Source: a bacterium
GTDB taxonomy: Bacteria > UBA8248
Length of the DNA stretch: 64,000 bases
Reading direction: 5' to 3'
NCBI GenBank assembly: GCA_965207065.1
Contig: OZ242260.1
Location: forward strand, 1,312,001-1,376,000
Positions 42,407 to 52,212 of the stretch are shown here, in pieces. Made by a program: the position numbers and the translations under genes. Within the stretch, counting starts at the first letter, position 1. Each line of letters starts with the position of its first letter. The notes beneath the pieces were generated by a model. The model searched no databases and had not been told where the DNA came from. It saw only the letters and a program-made list of their open reading frames with translations.

Positions 42407-42859
42407 ATGGAATATTTCAACGCATCGGACGACATATCCTTCGGCTCGCAGCCCGAGCCCGCGGACCTCGAAGCCCTCGCCGCAAGAGGGGTCAAGACCA
42501 TCATCAACACGCGCTTTCCCGAGGAAGACCAGGGCGATTTGCCTCCCGAGCGCGCCAGGGCCGAGGCCGAGGCGCTGGGCATGCGCTACGTGAACATCCC
42601 CGTCTCGCCGGTCGAGTTCACTCCTGCCTCGCTGGCCGAGGTGAGCCGCGCGCTCGCTGAAGCCAAGGCCCGCGGCCCCGCCTTCGTCCACTGAAAGGCC
42701 ACGGGGCGGGCCGGGATTTGCTCGCTGAACCATCTGGCGGATGAGAACGACTGGACGGCGCGGGAGATGGAGGGGGCCGCCGACGCCACCGGCTTCGACT
42801 GGCGCGACGCGCCGCTCGCGCCCAAGTACCGCGAGTTCTTCTCCCGGAGGCCCGGCTAG
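42407..42859 (+). CDS. DUF442/Blh-type phosphatase-fold sulfurtransferase, predicted selenoprotein (Sec96, TGA 42692-42694)
   Basis: SQP..DL..LA..GVKTIIN.R..E, GMRYVNIPV, then FVH-TGA-KATGRA (C-x4-R loop); frame stays open 54 more codons to TAG. Confidence 0.82.
42705..42726 (+). promoter_or_regulatory. Bacterial SECIS-like hairpin (DUF442-like gene)
   Basis: GGCGGGC/GCTCGCT 7-bp stem with two G-U pairs, loop CGGGATTT, beginning 11 nt after the TGA. Confidence 0.62.
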
Positions 42860-42879
42860 GCGCACGCCGGATGCGCATC

Positions 42880-43330
42880 GCGCGCAAATGCGGGCTGTAG
42901 CGGGCAGATGCGCGGGAATCGAAAATCTTTTTTTGTCGCTATATTTGAGTGAGCCACACTCAGATTTAATAAGTAATCTTTTTGATTACAACCGGTTACG
43001 AGGCAGGCGCTTTTCATCAATTTATCGAAAAACCCCGTGAATTTATCTGTATTTACAGAAAATATGATTATTTGTATTGTTGGCTGATCTTCGCTCGCCT
43101 CCCTCCAAAGGCCGTGTTCCCGCGCGATGTCCAGACGAGCACCCACGGGCGCGGGCGAGGGATGGGCGTTTGCGCTTCCCGGAGCAGTTGAGGATCGTCC
43201 CGCCTCCTGCCGATCCGCCTGATTCATTTTCCCCCTCCCCGTATCGATGCAGAGACTGCCTTTCGCGCGGGAAATTCTCGCCCACGCGCGCGAAAACCCG
43301 GCCACGGCAAATGCGGGCAAATGCGCGCGC
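42880..43330. repeat. Dispersed non-coding element, copy B
   Basis: Inverted copy of 75-520; core 43021-43055 identical. Confidence 0.8.
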
Positions 43331-43393
43331 GTTTTTTGTCGGTAGGTTTCGGGCCCGCGCCCGATTGAAAAGGAAGGGAAGCGGTTTTCGTTC

Positions 43394-43419
43394 GTCATTC
43401 CAGCGAAAGCCGGAATCCA
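43394..43419. repeat. REP-like palindrome
   Basis: GTCATTCCAGCGAAAGCCGGAATCCA resembles the GTCATTCCCGCGAAAGCGGGAATCC repeat class. Confidence 0.55.
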
Positions 43420-43531
43420 TTTGCTTTGCCTTTGTTTTTATTTTCTGACTGGTTCCCGAAATGACGGCTGTGGTTAATTCCGAGTGATGAGGAGTTTTTC
43501 ATCGGGCTTTCCTCTCGGGAAGCCCGACGCC

Positions 43532-44332
43532 TCAGGAGGCGCTCGTCCCGGACCCCCCGGGGCCGCGCTTTAAGACGCCGGCGGCGTCGAAGCCGCCGTC
43601 CACCGGCAGCGTCACGCCGTTGATGTAGCCCGATTCCGGCAGCGCCAGGTAGAGGGCCGCGGCCGCCACCTCCTCGGGCGCCCCGTAGCGGTTCACCGGA
43701 ACGCGATCGAGATAGGAGCGGCGGGTCTCCTCGTCGTGCATTCGCTTCACCAGCGCGGTTTCGACGGGTCCCGGGGCCAGGGTGTTGACCGTCACGCCGA
43801 ACGGCGCCCACTCGGCCGCCATCACCCGCGTCAACGCAGCGACGCCGCCCTTGGAAGCGCCGTAGGCAGCGCGCCCCGTCCCGCCCCGCAGCCCCGCCAC
43901 CGAGGACATCGAGATTATCCGCCCGTACCCCGCCTCGACCATCACGGCGCCGGCGGCCTGCATCATCAGGAAGCTCCCCGTGAGGTTTACGGCGATGATA
44001 CGGTTCCATTCCGCGAGCGTGGTCTCCAGCGCGAGTATCTCCTTCCCGACCCCTGCGAAATGCATCAGGATCTCAAGCGAGCCGAACCGCTCCGTAACCG
44101 CCGCAATCAGCGCTTCCACGTCTCTCGCCTCGGCCACGTCGGTCCTGACGAACTGCGCCTGGGCGCCTCGATCTTTCAACGCCTCCGCCACCCCCGCGCC
44201 CGCCTCCTCGTTCAGGTCGGCGATGACGACGGCCGCGCCCGCATCCGCCAGCGTATGCGCCGTGGCGAGTCCGATGCCGCTCGCGCCGCCCGTGACGACC
44301 GCCGCATGTCCTTCGAGCTTGAAGGCGCACAT
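43532..44332 (-). CDS. Short-chain dehydrogenase/reductase
   Basis: TGGASGIG, YGASK, VNTLAPG, VDGG; TAATG overlap with the kbl stop. Confidence 0.92.
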   Translation of the reverse strand: MCAFKLEGHAAVVTGGASGIGLATAHTLADAGAAVVIADLNEEAGAGVAEALKDRGAQAQFVRTDVAEARDVEALIAAVTERFGSLEILMHFAGVGKEILALETTLAEWNRIIAVNLTGSFLMMQAAGAVMVEAGYGRIISMSSVAGLRGGTGRAAYGASKGGVAALTRVMAAEWAPFGVTVNTLAPGPVETALVKRMHDEETRRSYLDRVPVNRYGAPEEVAAAALYLALPESGYINGVTLPVDGGFDAAGVLKRGPGGSGTSAS

Positions 44333-45522
44333 TACGCGATGACTCCGAGTCCCCGGCCCACCTCGGCGAAGGCGTCGATGGCGCGGTCGAGATCCGCTGG
44401 ATCGTGGGCCGCCGACATCTGCGTGCGGATCCGGTCCCCCCCGCGCGGGACGACGGGAAACGAAAACGCGGTGACGAGGACGCCCTTCTCGCGAAGTCCG
44501 GCGGCGAAGTTCTGGGCCAGCTTCGGGTCGCGCAGCATCAGGGGAATGATGGGGTGCTCCCCGGCCAGCAGTTCGAAGCCCAGGCCGGTCATTTCGGCGC
44601 GGAAGCGCTTCGTGTTGCGCCAGAGCCTGTCTCTCAGTTCCGTGGAGCCTGCGAGTAAATCCAGCGCCGCCAGGCCGGTCTGGGCGATGACGGGCGCCGG
44701 CGTGTTGGAGAAGATGTAGGGGCGCGCGCTCTGGCGCAGCCATTCCACGACCACGCGGCGGGCCGAGACGTAGCCCCCGGCCGCGCCCCCCAGCGCCTTG
44801 CCGAGCGTCCCCGTCAGGATGTCGACCCGGCCCGTGACGCCCAGGCGCTCGGGCGTGCCCCGCCCGGTGGCGCCGACGAAGCCGACGGCATGGCTGTCGT
44901 CGACCATCACCATGGCGTCGTGTCTTTCCGCCAGGTCGCAGATGGCGGGCAAGTCGGCCAGATAGCCGTCCATCGAAAATACCCCGTCCGTGGCGATCAG
45001 GCGGTAGCGCGCGCCGGCCGCTTCGGTCAGTCTGGCTTCCAGGTCCGCCATGTCGTTGTTGGCGTAACGAAACCGCTTCGCGCGGCAAAGGCGCACGCCG
45101 TCGATGATCGATGCGTGGTTCAGCGCATCGGATATGATCGCGTCCTCCTCGCCCAGAAGGCTCTCGAACAGCCCCGCGTTGGCGTCGAAACAACTGGGGA
45201 AGAGGATGGTGTCCTCGGTTTCCAGAAACGCGCTCAGGCGCTCCTCCAGCAGCTTGTGGGGAACCTGCGTGCCGCAGATGAACCGGACGGAAGACATCCC
45301 GAAACCGTAGCGGGTGAGAGCGTCCCTCGCCGCCTCGACGAGGCGGGGGTGATTGGAGAGGCCCAGGTAGTTGTTGGCGCACAGGTTGATGCAGTCAGCG
45401 CCCGTCTCGAGGGTGACCTCGCCCTGCTGCGGCGAAGCGATGACCTGCTCCTGCTTGAACAGGCCGTCGGCCTTGAGCGTTTCGATCCGGCCGGCTAAAT
45501 CGTCGAGGAACGCATCGGTCAT
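44332..45522 (-). CDS. kbl: Glycine C-acetyltransferase (2-amino-3-ketobutyrate CoA ligase)
   Basis: [47 protein letters not shown]. Confidence 0.93.
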   Translation of the reverse strand: MTDAFLDDLAGRIETLKADGLFKQEQVIASPQQGEVTLETGADCINLCANNYLGLSNHPRLVEAARDALTRYGFGMSSVRFICGTQVPHKLLEERLSAFLETEDTILFPSCFDANAGLFESLLGEEDAIISDALNHASIIDGVRLCRAKRFRYANNDMADLEARLTEAAGARYRLIATDGVFSMDGYLADLPAICDLAERHDAMVMVDDSHAVGFVGATGRGTPERLGVTGRVDILTGTLGKALGGAAGGYVSARRVVVEWLRQSARPYIFSNTPAPVIAQTGLAALDLLAGSTELRDRLWRNTKRFRAEMTGLGFELLAGEHPIIPLMLRDPKLAQNFAAGLREKGVLVTAFSFPVVPRGGDRIRTQMSAAHDPADLDRAIDAFAEVGRGLGVIA

Positions 45523-46021
45523 GGGGCGGCCCTCGAGGCCCGAAGGCCGGGCGGCGCGGGGAGCGGCGTGATATGGCCCATACCGGGGTTCACTCCGAAG
45601 ATCGCCGCGAACCGTATTGATTCGGCCCCCGGTTCGCGCGCGACGGATATCATCAGCGGGGCCGACGGCGGAACTTTGGTTCTTTCTCGAACAAGGTACC
45701 CTCATTATGCCGCATCAAGGCGGAGTACGCCAGATGGGGGATAATGGGGCGACGCCCCTCCCTTATCCCGAGTAGGCGCGTTCGCGCGCCGTATCGAGGG
45801 ACGAGGGAAAACAACCTTCCGACCCCTCTCTGCCGTGAACCCTCAACCCCCCGCTCGTGAAAATTTCTTGACATCGATCCGGCGATTTGTAGGATGGCAT
45901 ATACGGATTTCACGGGGCGGCGAGTAAGAGCGCACGGCTGCCGTGCGGTTTGGTTTGTTGTTGCCAGCATTCGCGCCCATGTCCAATACCGTCTGAGTCT
46001 CCAGATGAAGGATTTCCGGTG

Positions 46022-47158
46022 ATGATAGAATGGCTCGGCATCGCCCACCTTTTCGAACTTTCACGCTCTGAGGCGATTTGGGGGTTTTTCACCCCGTTGA
46101 TCGTATTCGCCGCCTTTTTCGTGACGCAGCTCATTCTGCCGGGAAGATGGGTTCCCGGCTACGTCGTCGACGTCGAGACGGGCGAGCCCCGCCGATACCG
46201 GTTGAACGGTCTCGTGGTGTTCATCGTCGCCGAGATCGTCTGGGCTTTCGAACTCACCGGAATGCCGCGCGACTGGTTCTACCGCTCCTCGATCTACGCT
46301 GTGGCCGGTGGAACGGTCTTCACCACCATTTTCGCCGTCATCGCCGTGTACAGCCAGCCTGTGGGGGAGGAGAAGAATCCGCTCCTGGCGCTGTGGGACG
46401 GGCGGGCGCAGGAGTTTTCGTTTTTCAACAATCGCTTCGACGTGAAGATGTATTTCTACGTCGTCGGCGGGACGATGCTCTCGCTGAACGCCCTCTCGGG
46501 CGCCGCGTACCACTACGAGCGCTTCGGCGCGGACTTCAACCCGGGCGTTTTCGTGTATGCGGCGTTCTTCACGTTCTACGTGCTGGACTACTTCATCTTC
46601 GAGCGCGTCCAGCTCTACACCTACGACCTGATCCACGAGAACGTCGGCTTCAAGCTGTTCTGGGGCGGCCTTGTGGTCTACGGGTGGATGTTCATCCTCC
46701 CGCTCTGGGGCATGGCCGCCTACCCGGACCCGGGATTCTCGCCGGGGTGGAAGAACTTCTGGCTCATCGGAACGCCCGCGCTGTTCCTGCTCGGGTGGGG
46801 TATCGGGCGTGGCGCCAACCTGCAGAAATACACTTTCAAAAGGTGGCCCGAGCGCAAGTTTCTGGGCATCGAGCCGGTATACATCCAGGCCGGCGACCGC
46901 AAGATCCTCTGCAGCGGTCTGTGGGGCGTCGCCCGCCACTTCAACTACATGGGCGAGGGGTTCCTCGCCCTCTCCATCGCCCTGGTGTTCGGTCATTTCA
47001 CGAATCCCTGGGCCTGGACCTACTTCGTCTTCATCGTCTCGTTCTTCACCTGCCGCCAGCGTTATGACGAAGCCTACTGCGCCGAGAAATACGGCCCCGA
47101 GAAGTGGGCGGAGTACCAGGCGCGGGTGAAATACCGGATCTGTCCCGGCATTTATTGA
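46022..47158 (+). CDS. ERG4/ERG24 family sterol reductase-like membrane protein
   Basis: GYV..YRLNGL, DLIHENVGF, SGLWGVARHFNYMGE, R..DE..C.EKYG..W.EY...V.YRI.PGIY. Confidence 0.88.
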   Translation: MIEWLGIAHLFELSRSEAIWGFFTPLIVFAAFFVTQLILPGRWVPGYVVDVETGEPRRYRLNGLVVFIVAEIVWAFELTGMPRDWFYRSSIYAVAGGTVFTTIFAVIAVYSQPVGEEKNPLLALWDGRAQEFSFFNNRFDVKMYFYVVGGTMLSLNALSGAAYHYERFGADFNPGVFVYAAFFTFYVLDYFIFERVQLYTYDLIHENVGFKLFWGGLVVYGWMFILPLWGMAAYPDPGFSPGWKNFWLIGTPALFLLGWGIGRGANLQKYTFKRWPERKFLGIEPVYIQAGDRKILCSGLWGVARHFNYMGEGFLALSIALVFGHFTNPWAWTYFVFIVSFFTCRQRYDEAYCAEKYGPEKWAEYQARVKYRICPGIY

Positions 47159-47343
47159 TAGCGTTCCGCGCGCATGTTGGTAATTTTTTGCTCCCTGAGT
47201 GCGCTGTCGACTACCGCGGTTTCTTCCCCATCAAGCCTGAGTAGTCGCGGTTCGTAATTCATTCCCCTCAAGGGGGGGGTGAATTCTGATTTAAGCAAGA
47301 GAAATTGTATCTTTGCGAATGAGGAAAAACATAGATTCACCCC

Positions 47344-48216
47344 TCACTCCCCGATCTTCCAGACGCCCTTCTCCCGAAATGCGGGGATGGTCTGGCGGCG
47401 GGCGGCGTTGGTGGTGGCGGGAGCCGAGAGGCCTCTCTTACGTATGTAGTCGGATAGCCGCACGACCGATTCTCCCCGCAGGTAGGTCACTCGCTTGTGG
47501 AGCGATTCCAGAAGCGCCAGCGACAGGATGTTCTCCATCGTCCTAGTCGTCCGGCGGTCACGATAGTCGTTGAACGCCTGGTAATAACGCTCCTTGTCCG
47601 AATTGCGGATGATGATGCGCGGCAGGCCGAATTGTAAAAGCTGAAAGTTGATGATGACCCGCCCGATGCGGCCGTTTCCGTCGCAGAAGGGATGAATCGT
47701 CTCGAAGTCCAGGTGGAAACGGGCTACCTTGTCGAGACAGTAGGAATCCAGATCGCTCGAATACTCGATGAGGATGTTCTCCATCATGCGCTCCACGTGC
47801 TCGGGCGCCGGCGCGATGTGCGTGCCCACGCGCACATACTCCCCCTGCCTACGGAACCGGCCCGCGATGGCGTCGTCGATGCCGCCGATGAGCATCCGGT
47901 GGAGCAGCAGTATCAACTCCTCATTCAGTTCGCTGTCCTCCGTCCGCGCGCGCATGTATTCGGTGACGCGGGCCAGATTCTTGGCTTCAAAGACCTCCCG
48001 CACGCTAACCTCGCGCGCGAGGGATTGCTCCAGCAGGATTCTTTCGGTCTCATCGAGGGTGAGTGTGGAATTCTCAATCGCGTTCGAGTTGTAGACGCTC
48101 TCGGGTGCTTCCACTTCGTCGATCATCGCCAGGAGCGATTCCTTGCCCCGGCGCAAGGCGTCGTACTCTCTCTTAAGAGTCCCTACGCGTTCTCTTGCCG
48201 GTCCTGTGGTAGCCAT
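47344..48216 (-). CDS. Fic family protein with C-terminal putative DNA-binding domain
   Basis: HPFCDGNGRIGR; N-terminal inhibitory motif SNAIEN. Confidence 0.92.
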   Translation of the reverse strand: MATTGPARERVGTLKREYDALRRGKESLLAMIDEVEAPESVYNSNAIENSTLTLDETERILLEQSLAREVSVREVFEAKNLARVTEYMRARTEDSELNEELILLLHRMLIGGIDDAIAGRFRRQGEYVRVGTHIAPAPEHVERMMENILIEYSSDLDSYCLDKVARFHLDFETIHPFCDGNGRIGRVIINFQLLQFGLPRIIIRNSDKERYYQAFNDYRDRRTTRTMENILSLALLESLHKRVTYLRGESVVRLSDYIRKRGLSAPATTNAARRQTIPAFREKGVWKIGE

Positions 48217-48232
48217 GCCTTCAATATATCTC

Positions 48233-48315
48233 ATTCACGAAAAAATAACAATACTACGTGAATAGACCCCATATAATGCAATTTATTCACGATATATCAT
48301 CCAAATAACGTGAAT
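48233..48315. promoter_or_regulatory. Tandem palindromic operators
   Basis: ATTCACG-N17-CGTGAAT at 48233-48263 and 48285-48315. Confidence 0.7.
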
Positions 48316-48616
48316 ATATTTTCTTGTTGATACTCATTCCCGATCGAGGCCGGTGGGCTGAAGTTCTCTAAATCACTCCCACCCTGATGATGCGCATCCG
48401 CCCCAAGTGGAGAGTTCCGTCATGGATTCCCCCCTTCCAAAGAAGCATGATGTAAAATGATTCCTCATCCAGCATGTATGAAAGGCGTCAAACAGTCTTG
48501 ATTCGTCCGGATTGACGGATACGCTGGAAGGGGCTCTCGCCGTAGCCGCACGGATTCGGTGCCACGCTCTTGAGAGATTCCGCCGATCCGGATGCACGCA
48601 CAGGAGGGCATGAAAC

Positions 48617-49696
48617 ATGTTGAAAAAAGAAATCGGAGTCGCCGTAATCGGGTCGGGCCGCATCGGGACGCTTCGCGCCAATATGGCCTCGCGTCACCCG
48701 TCCGTCCGGTTCCTCGCCATTTCAGACAAGGAGCCCGAGCGTGCGGATATGCTGGCCGAAAGCGTCGCGGCGCATCTCTCCTCGGGAGACAACTACGAGA
48801 TCATCTCACACCCCGAAGTGGACACCGTCATCGTCTCGACACCCGAGCACGATCATGCCGAAGCCATCCTTCAGGCCCTGGAGTTGGGCAAGCCCGTATT
48901 TGTCGAAAAACCCCTGACCCTGACCCTCGAAGATGCGGACAAGGTCGTGGAGGCGGTGGAAAGAACGGGTGTCGAACTCCGGATCGGATACTCCCGTCGC
49001 CATGATCGCCGCTGGATGCTGGCCCGGGAGCAGGTGGCCCGGGGACGACTCGGTCAGATACTGGGAATCAATTCCCGCATATACTCCTCGAGAGCCCAGA
49101 TTGCCGAGCCCCTGAAGCGCTCACCGAACGCAACGCCGGTCCTCGACGTTCTCACTTACTATGTGGACATGGCCTGCTGGTTTCTGGAGGGTAACCGCCC
49201 GGTGGAAGTGTTCGCCAGGGGGAACGCGAAAATCTTCAAATCATGGGGCTACTCCGCCCACGACGTTACCTGGTCCATCATTACCTTCGAGGACGGCACG
49301 GTCGTAAACCTCGGTGTATGTTGCGCCCTTCCCGCAAAATATCCAACCTATGGACAGAGCGCCCGCTTCGAGGTGCTCGGGGAGGACGGAGCCATCCTCC
49401 TGGATGTCGACAACAAAGACAGTTTATTGTTCACCGACAAGGGCGTGCCCCACGCCTACGTTCCCGATCATCATGTGAATTTGCTCTTCATGCAGAGCAA
49501 CTCGTCCGGCGACTGGGCCATGGGCGACTATTGGGGGCCTATCGCGAACGAGACGCGCTCCTGGCTCGACCACCTCGCGACCGGCTCCCCTTGCGTTCAT
49601 ACGACCGCCATCGAGGGCCGGCAGACGCTGGCGCTCACATTGGCCATTGAAGAATCGGCAAGAACCGGCGAGATAATTTCCTTGCCTCCCCACTAA
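48617..49696 (+). CDS. Gfo/Idh/MocA family oxidoreductase
   Basis: IGSGRIG, STPEHDH, VEKP. Confidence 0.9.
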   Translation: MLKKEIGVAVIGSGRIGTLRANMASRHPSVRFLAISDKEPERADMLAESVAAHLSSGDNYEIISHPEVDTVIVSTPEHDHAEAILQALELGKPVFVEKPLTLTLEDADKVVEAVERTGVELRIGYSRRHDRRWMLAREQVARGRLGQILGINSRIYSSRAQIAEPLKRSPNATPVLDVLTYYVDMACWFLEGNRPVEVFARGNAKIFKSWGYSAHDVTWSIITFEDGTVVNLGVCCALPAKYPTYGQSARFEVLGEDGAILLDVDNKDSLLFTDKGVPHAYVPDHHVNLLFMQSNSSGDWAMGDYWGPIANETRSWLDHLATGSPCVHTTAIEGRQTLALTLAIEESARTGEIISLPPH

Positions 49697-49987
49697 CCCG
49701 AAACCGGGCTCTGCACTCTATCCATTGTGGAAATATCAAGGCGAACCGGAGTGCGCCACTTATTGCGGAGGGGTTCTCTCGAAGCCCCGATACGGCCACA
49801 GGGAAAGAGTGATTTCGACTGATGCAATACGGGTTTCCCGCCAATCAGAGAGGGACTGCGCTGTCTTCAATCCCACCTTCATCAGTCGGTATAGGCCATT
49901 CTTCTTGACACTCACCTTGCCCCTCGCTAGGTTGATTGAGGATTCAAGAAAGTCTCGCGCCAACGCCGCCGGTCCGGGAGAGGGACT

Positions 49988-51670
49988 ATGGCCATCGCAT
50001 CGGATGTTGATATCGCGCAGGGGGCGAAACTCAGGCCCATCGCCGAGGTTGCCGAAGAACTCGGTCTCGGGGCTGATGAGATAGAACCCTACGGCGCGCA
50101 CAAGGCCAAGGTCGGCCTGGACGCGCTGGAGCGCCGTAAAAACGACCCCGACGGCAAGCTCATCCTCGTCACCGCCATGACGCCCACCCCGCTGGGCGAG
50201 GGCAAGACGCTCACCACGGTGGGGCTCGGCCAGGCGCTCGCGCGGCTCGGCAAAAAGAGCGTCATCTGCGTGCGCGAGCCCTCACTCGGCCCGGTGTTCG
50301 GCATCAAGGGGGGCGCGGCAGGCGGCGGCATGTCCCAGGTGCTGCCGATGGAGGACATCAACTTACACTTCACGGGCGACATCCACGCGGTCACCTCCGC
50401 CCACAACCTGCTCTCCACCCTCATGGACGCGCACGTATTTCACGGCAACGAACTTGCGCTGGACGTGAACCGCGTCACCTGGAAGCGCGTGCTGGACATG
50501 AACGACCGCGCGCTGCGCCACGTGCTCGTTGGCCTCGGCGGCAGGACGCACGGCGTGCCGAGGGAAGAGGGCTTCATGATCACGGCGGCGTCCGAGGTCA
50601 TGGCCGTACTCTGCCTCGCGAGCGATCCCCAGGACATGAAGGAGCGCATCGCGCGCATCGTGGTCGGCTACACCAGAAAGGGCGCGCCTATCACCGCGGG
50701 CGATCTGAACGCTGCGGGCGCCATGGCCCTGCTCCTGAAAGACGCGATCAAGCCCAACCTGGTGCAGACGCTCGAGGGCTCGCCCGCCTTCGTCCACGGG
50801 GGGCCGTTCGGCAACATCGCGCACGGGACGAACTCGCTCATCGCGGACAAGCTCGCGCTCAAGCTGGGCGACGTGATGGTGGTGGAGGCGGGTTTCGGCT
50901 CCGATCTGGGCGCCGAGAAATTCTTCAACATCACCGCGCGCACGGGTGGCCTGAGCGTGGACGCGGTGGTGCTCGTCGCCACCGTCCGCGCGCTCAAGCT
51001 TCACGGGGGCGTTCCCTTCGACAAAGACGCCCTGGCGGAGGAGAACGTGGATGCCCTCACGGAGGGCTTCGCGAACCTTCGCACCCATATCGAGAATATC
51101 AAGAGTTTCGGCGCGCCCGTGGTGGTGGCCGTGAACCGTTTTGCTTCGGATACGGATGTGGAGATAGAGCGCGTGAAGGAGCTTTGCACCGAGGCGGGGG
51201 CGCCCTGCCAAGCGCACGAACTCCACGCAAGAGGCGGCGAGGGAGGAGCCGAACTCGCCGAGACGGCGTATGGCCTGGCCGCCGCGAACGATGTGCCCTA
51301 CTCGCCGCTATATCCGCTCGATATGCCGCTCAAGGAGAAAATCGAGACCATCGCGACGCGCATCTACCGCGCGGGGGCGGTGCGCTTCGAGCCGGCTGCG
51401 GCGCGCAGCCTGCGCTCCCTGACGAGGTTGGGCTACGGCGAGCTTCCGGTCTGCATCGCCAAGACGCAGGCCTCCCTGTCGGACGACCCCAAGAAGCCGG
51501 GCGCGCCCGAGGGCTTTATCCTGAACGTGCGCGAGGTGTACGTGTCGGCAGGGGCGGGGTTCGTCGTCGCCATCGCCGGAAACATCATGCAGATGCCCGG
51601 CCTCGCCAAGACCCCCGCCTCGGCGGGCATGGACGTCACCGCCGACGGGAAGATCACGGGGTTGTTTTAG
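49988..51670 (+). CDS. fhs: Formate-tetrahydrofolate ligase
   Basis: TPTPLGEGKT, IKGGAAGGG, HGGPFGNIAHG, EAGFGSDLGAEKF, AKTQ, MPGL. Confidence 0.97.
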   Translation: MAIASDVDIAQGAKLRPIAEVAEELGLGADEIEPYGAHKAKVGLDALERRKNDPDGKLILVTAMTPTPLGEGKTLTTVGLGQALARLGKKSVICVREPSLGPVFGIKGGAAGGGMSQVLPMEDINLHFTGDIHAVTSAHNLLSTLMDAHVFHGNELALDVNRVTWKRVLDMNDRALRHVLVGLGGRTHGVPREEGFMITAASEVMAVLCLASDPQDMKERIARIVVGYTRKGAPITAGDLNAAGAMALLLKDAIKPNLVQTLEGSPAFVHGGPFGNIAHGTNSLIADKLALKLGDVMVVEAGFGSDLGAEKFFNITARTGGLSVDAVVLVATVRALKLHGGVPFDKDALAEENVDALTEGFANLRTHIENIKSFGAPVVVAVNRFASDTDVEIERVKELCTEAGAPCQAHELHARGGEGGAELAETAYGLAAANDVPYSPLYPLDMPLKEKIETIATRIYRAGAVRFEPAAARSLRSLTRLGYGELPVCIAKTQASLSDDPKKPGAPEGFILNVREVYVSAGAGFVVAIAGNIMQMPGLAKTPASAGMDVTADGKITGLF

Positions 51671-51703
51671 GCAGCACGGCGCCCGGCTTCACTTTAGTCC
51701 AAA

Positions 51704-51904
51704 CTATGCCTGACTTTCACTCACGCGATTCCACAATCGATCTATGTGATCTTTCAATTCCTCCGTTTGGTCAGAAAGATTGTCCATCCTCTCCGTAATT
51801 CTTCTGACGTATACAAAGCCGGCAATAGCGATCAGGGAAGGCAAAGCCACGCCGATGACCGCCATGAGTATGGAAATAATCTGCAATTGAAGTTCAATAT
51901 TCAC
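51704..51904 (-). CDS. Small membrane protein (one TM plus coiled coil)
   Basis: GTG start overlaps the upstream stop (GTGA), GGAGG RBS. Confidence 0.5.
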   Translation of the reverse strand: MNIELQLQIISILMAVIGVALPSLIAIAGFVYVRRITERMDNLSDQTEELKDHIDRLWNRVSESQA

Positions 51905-52137
51905 TTGGCCGACCTCCCCATCAAGCTCATTCTTGTGGGGTTGCCCCATCGCGCCTGTTCGCTCTCCCATACGAGAGCTTCGTCCATCGTGGTCGCGCTG
52001 CCCACCTGCTTGATGTAGCCGTCTTCCCCGAACTCCTGTTTGAGTTCGCGCTCGCGCTTTTCGAGATCTTTGGTGATGCCGGAATACAAGGTCTTCTTGC
52101 CCATCTTGAAGTGATACTTGTAGGTCTTTCTCGCCAT
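51901..52137 (-). CDS. Small GIY-YIG-like protein
   Basis: TYKY...LYSGITKDLEKRERE...ALVWE; GGAGG RBS. Confidence 0.65.
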   Translation of the reverse strand: MARKTYKYHFKMGKKTLYSGITKDLEKRERELKQEFGEDGYIKQVGSATTMDEALVWESEQARWGNPTRMSLMGRSAK

Positions 52138-52212
52138 TTTTCAGGCCTCCATGATTATCTCGTGGAGTAGCACCTCATCGTATCGGTAAACCCTGCATCC
52201 GGCAACGGCCTG

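Noticed and set aside
41821-42859. Genome-wide UGA reassignment (Trp/Gly) as the explanation for the in-frame TGAs
   Set aside because: Many full-length genes here end in TGA (e.g. 1779, 6468, 24153, 36225), and both internal TGAs fall on catalytic Cys columns
44333-45382. 616-aa ORF 43532-45382 as a fusion protein
   Set aside because: The N-terminal part is an off-frame shadow of kbl; only the SDR from 44332 is real
49700-49987. THF or ZTP riboswitch upstream of fhs
   Set aside because: No consensus elements recognisable by eye; an Infernal scan would be needed
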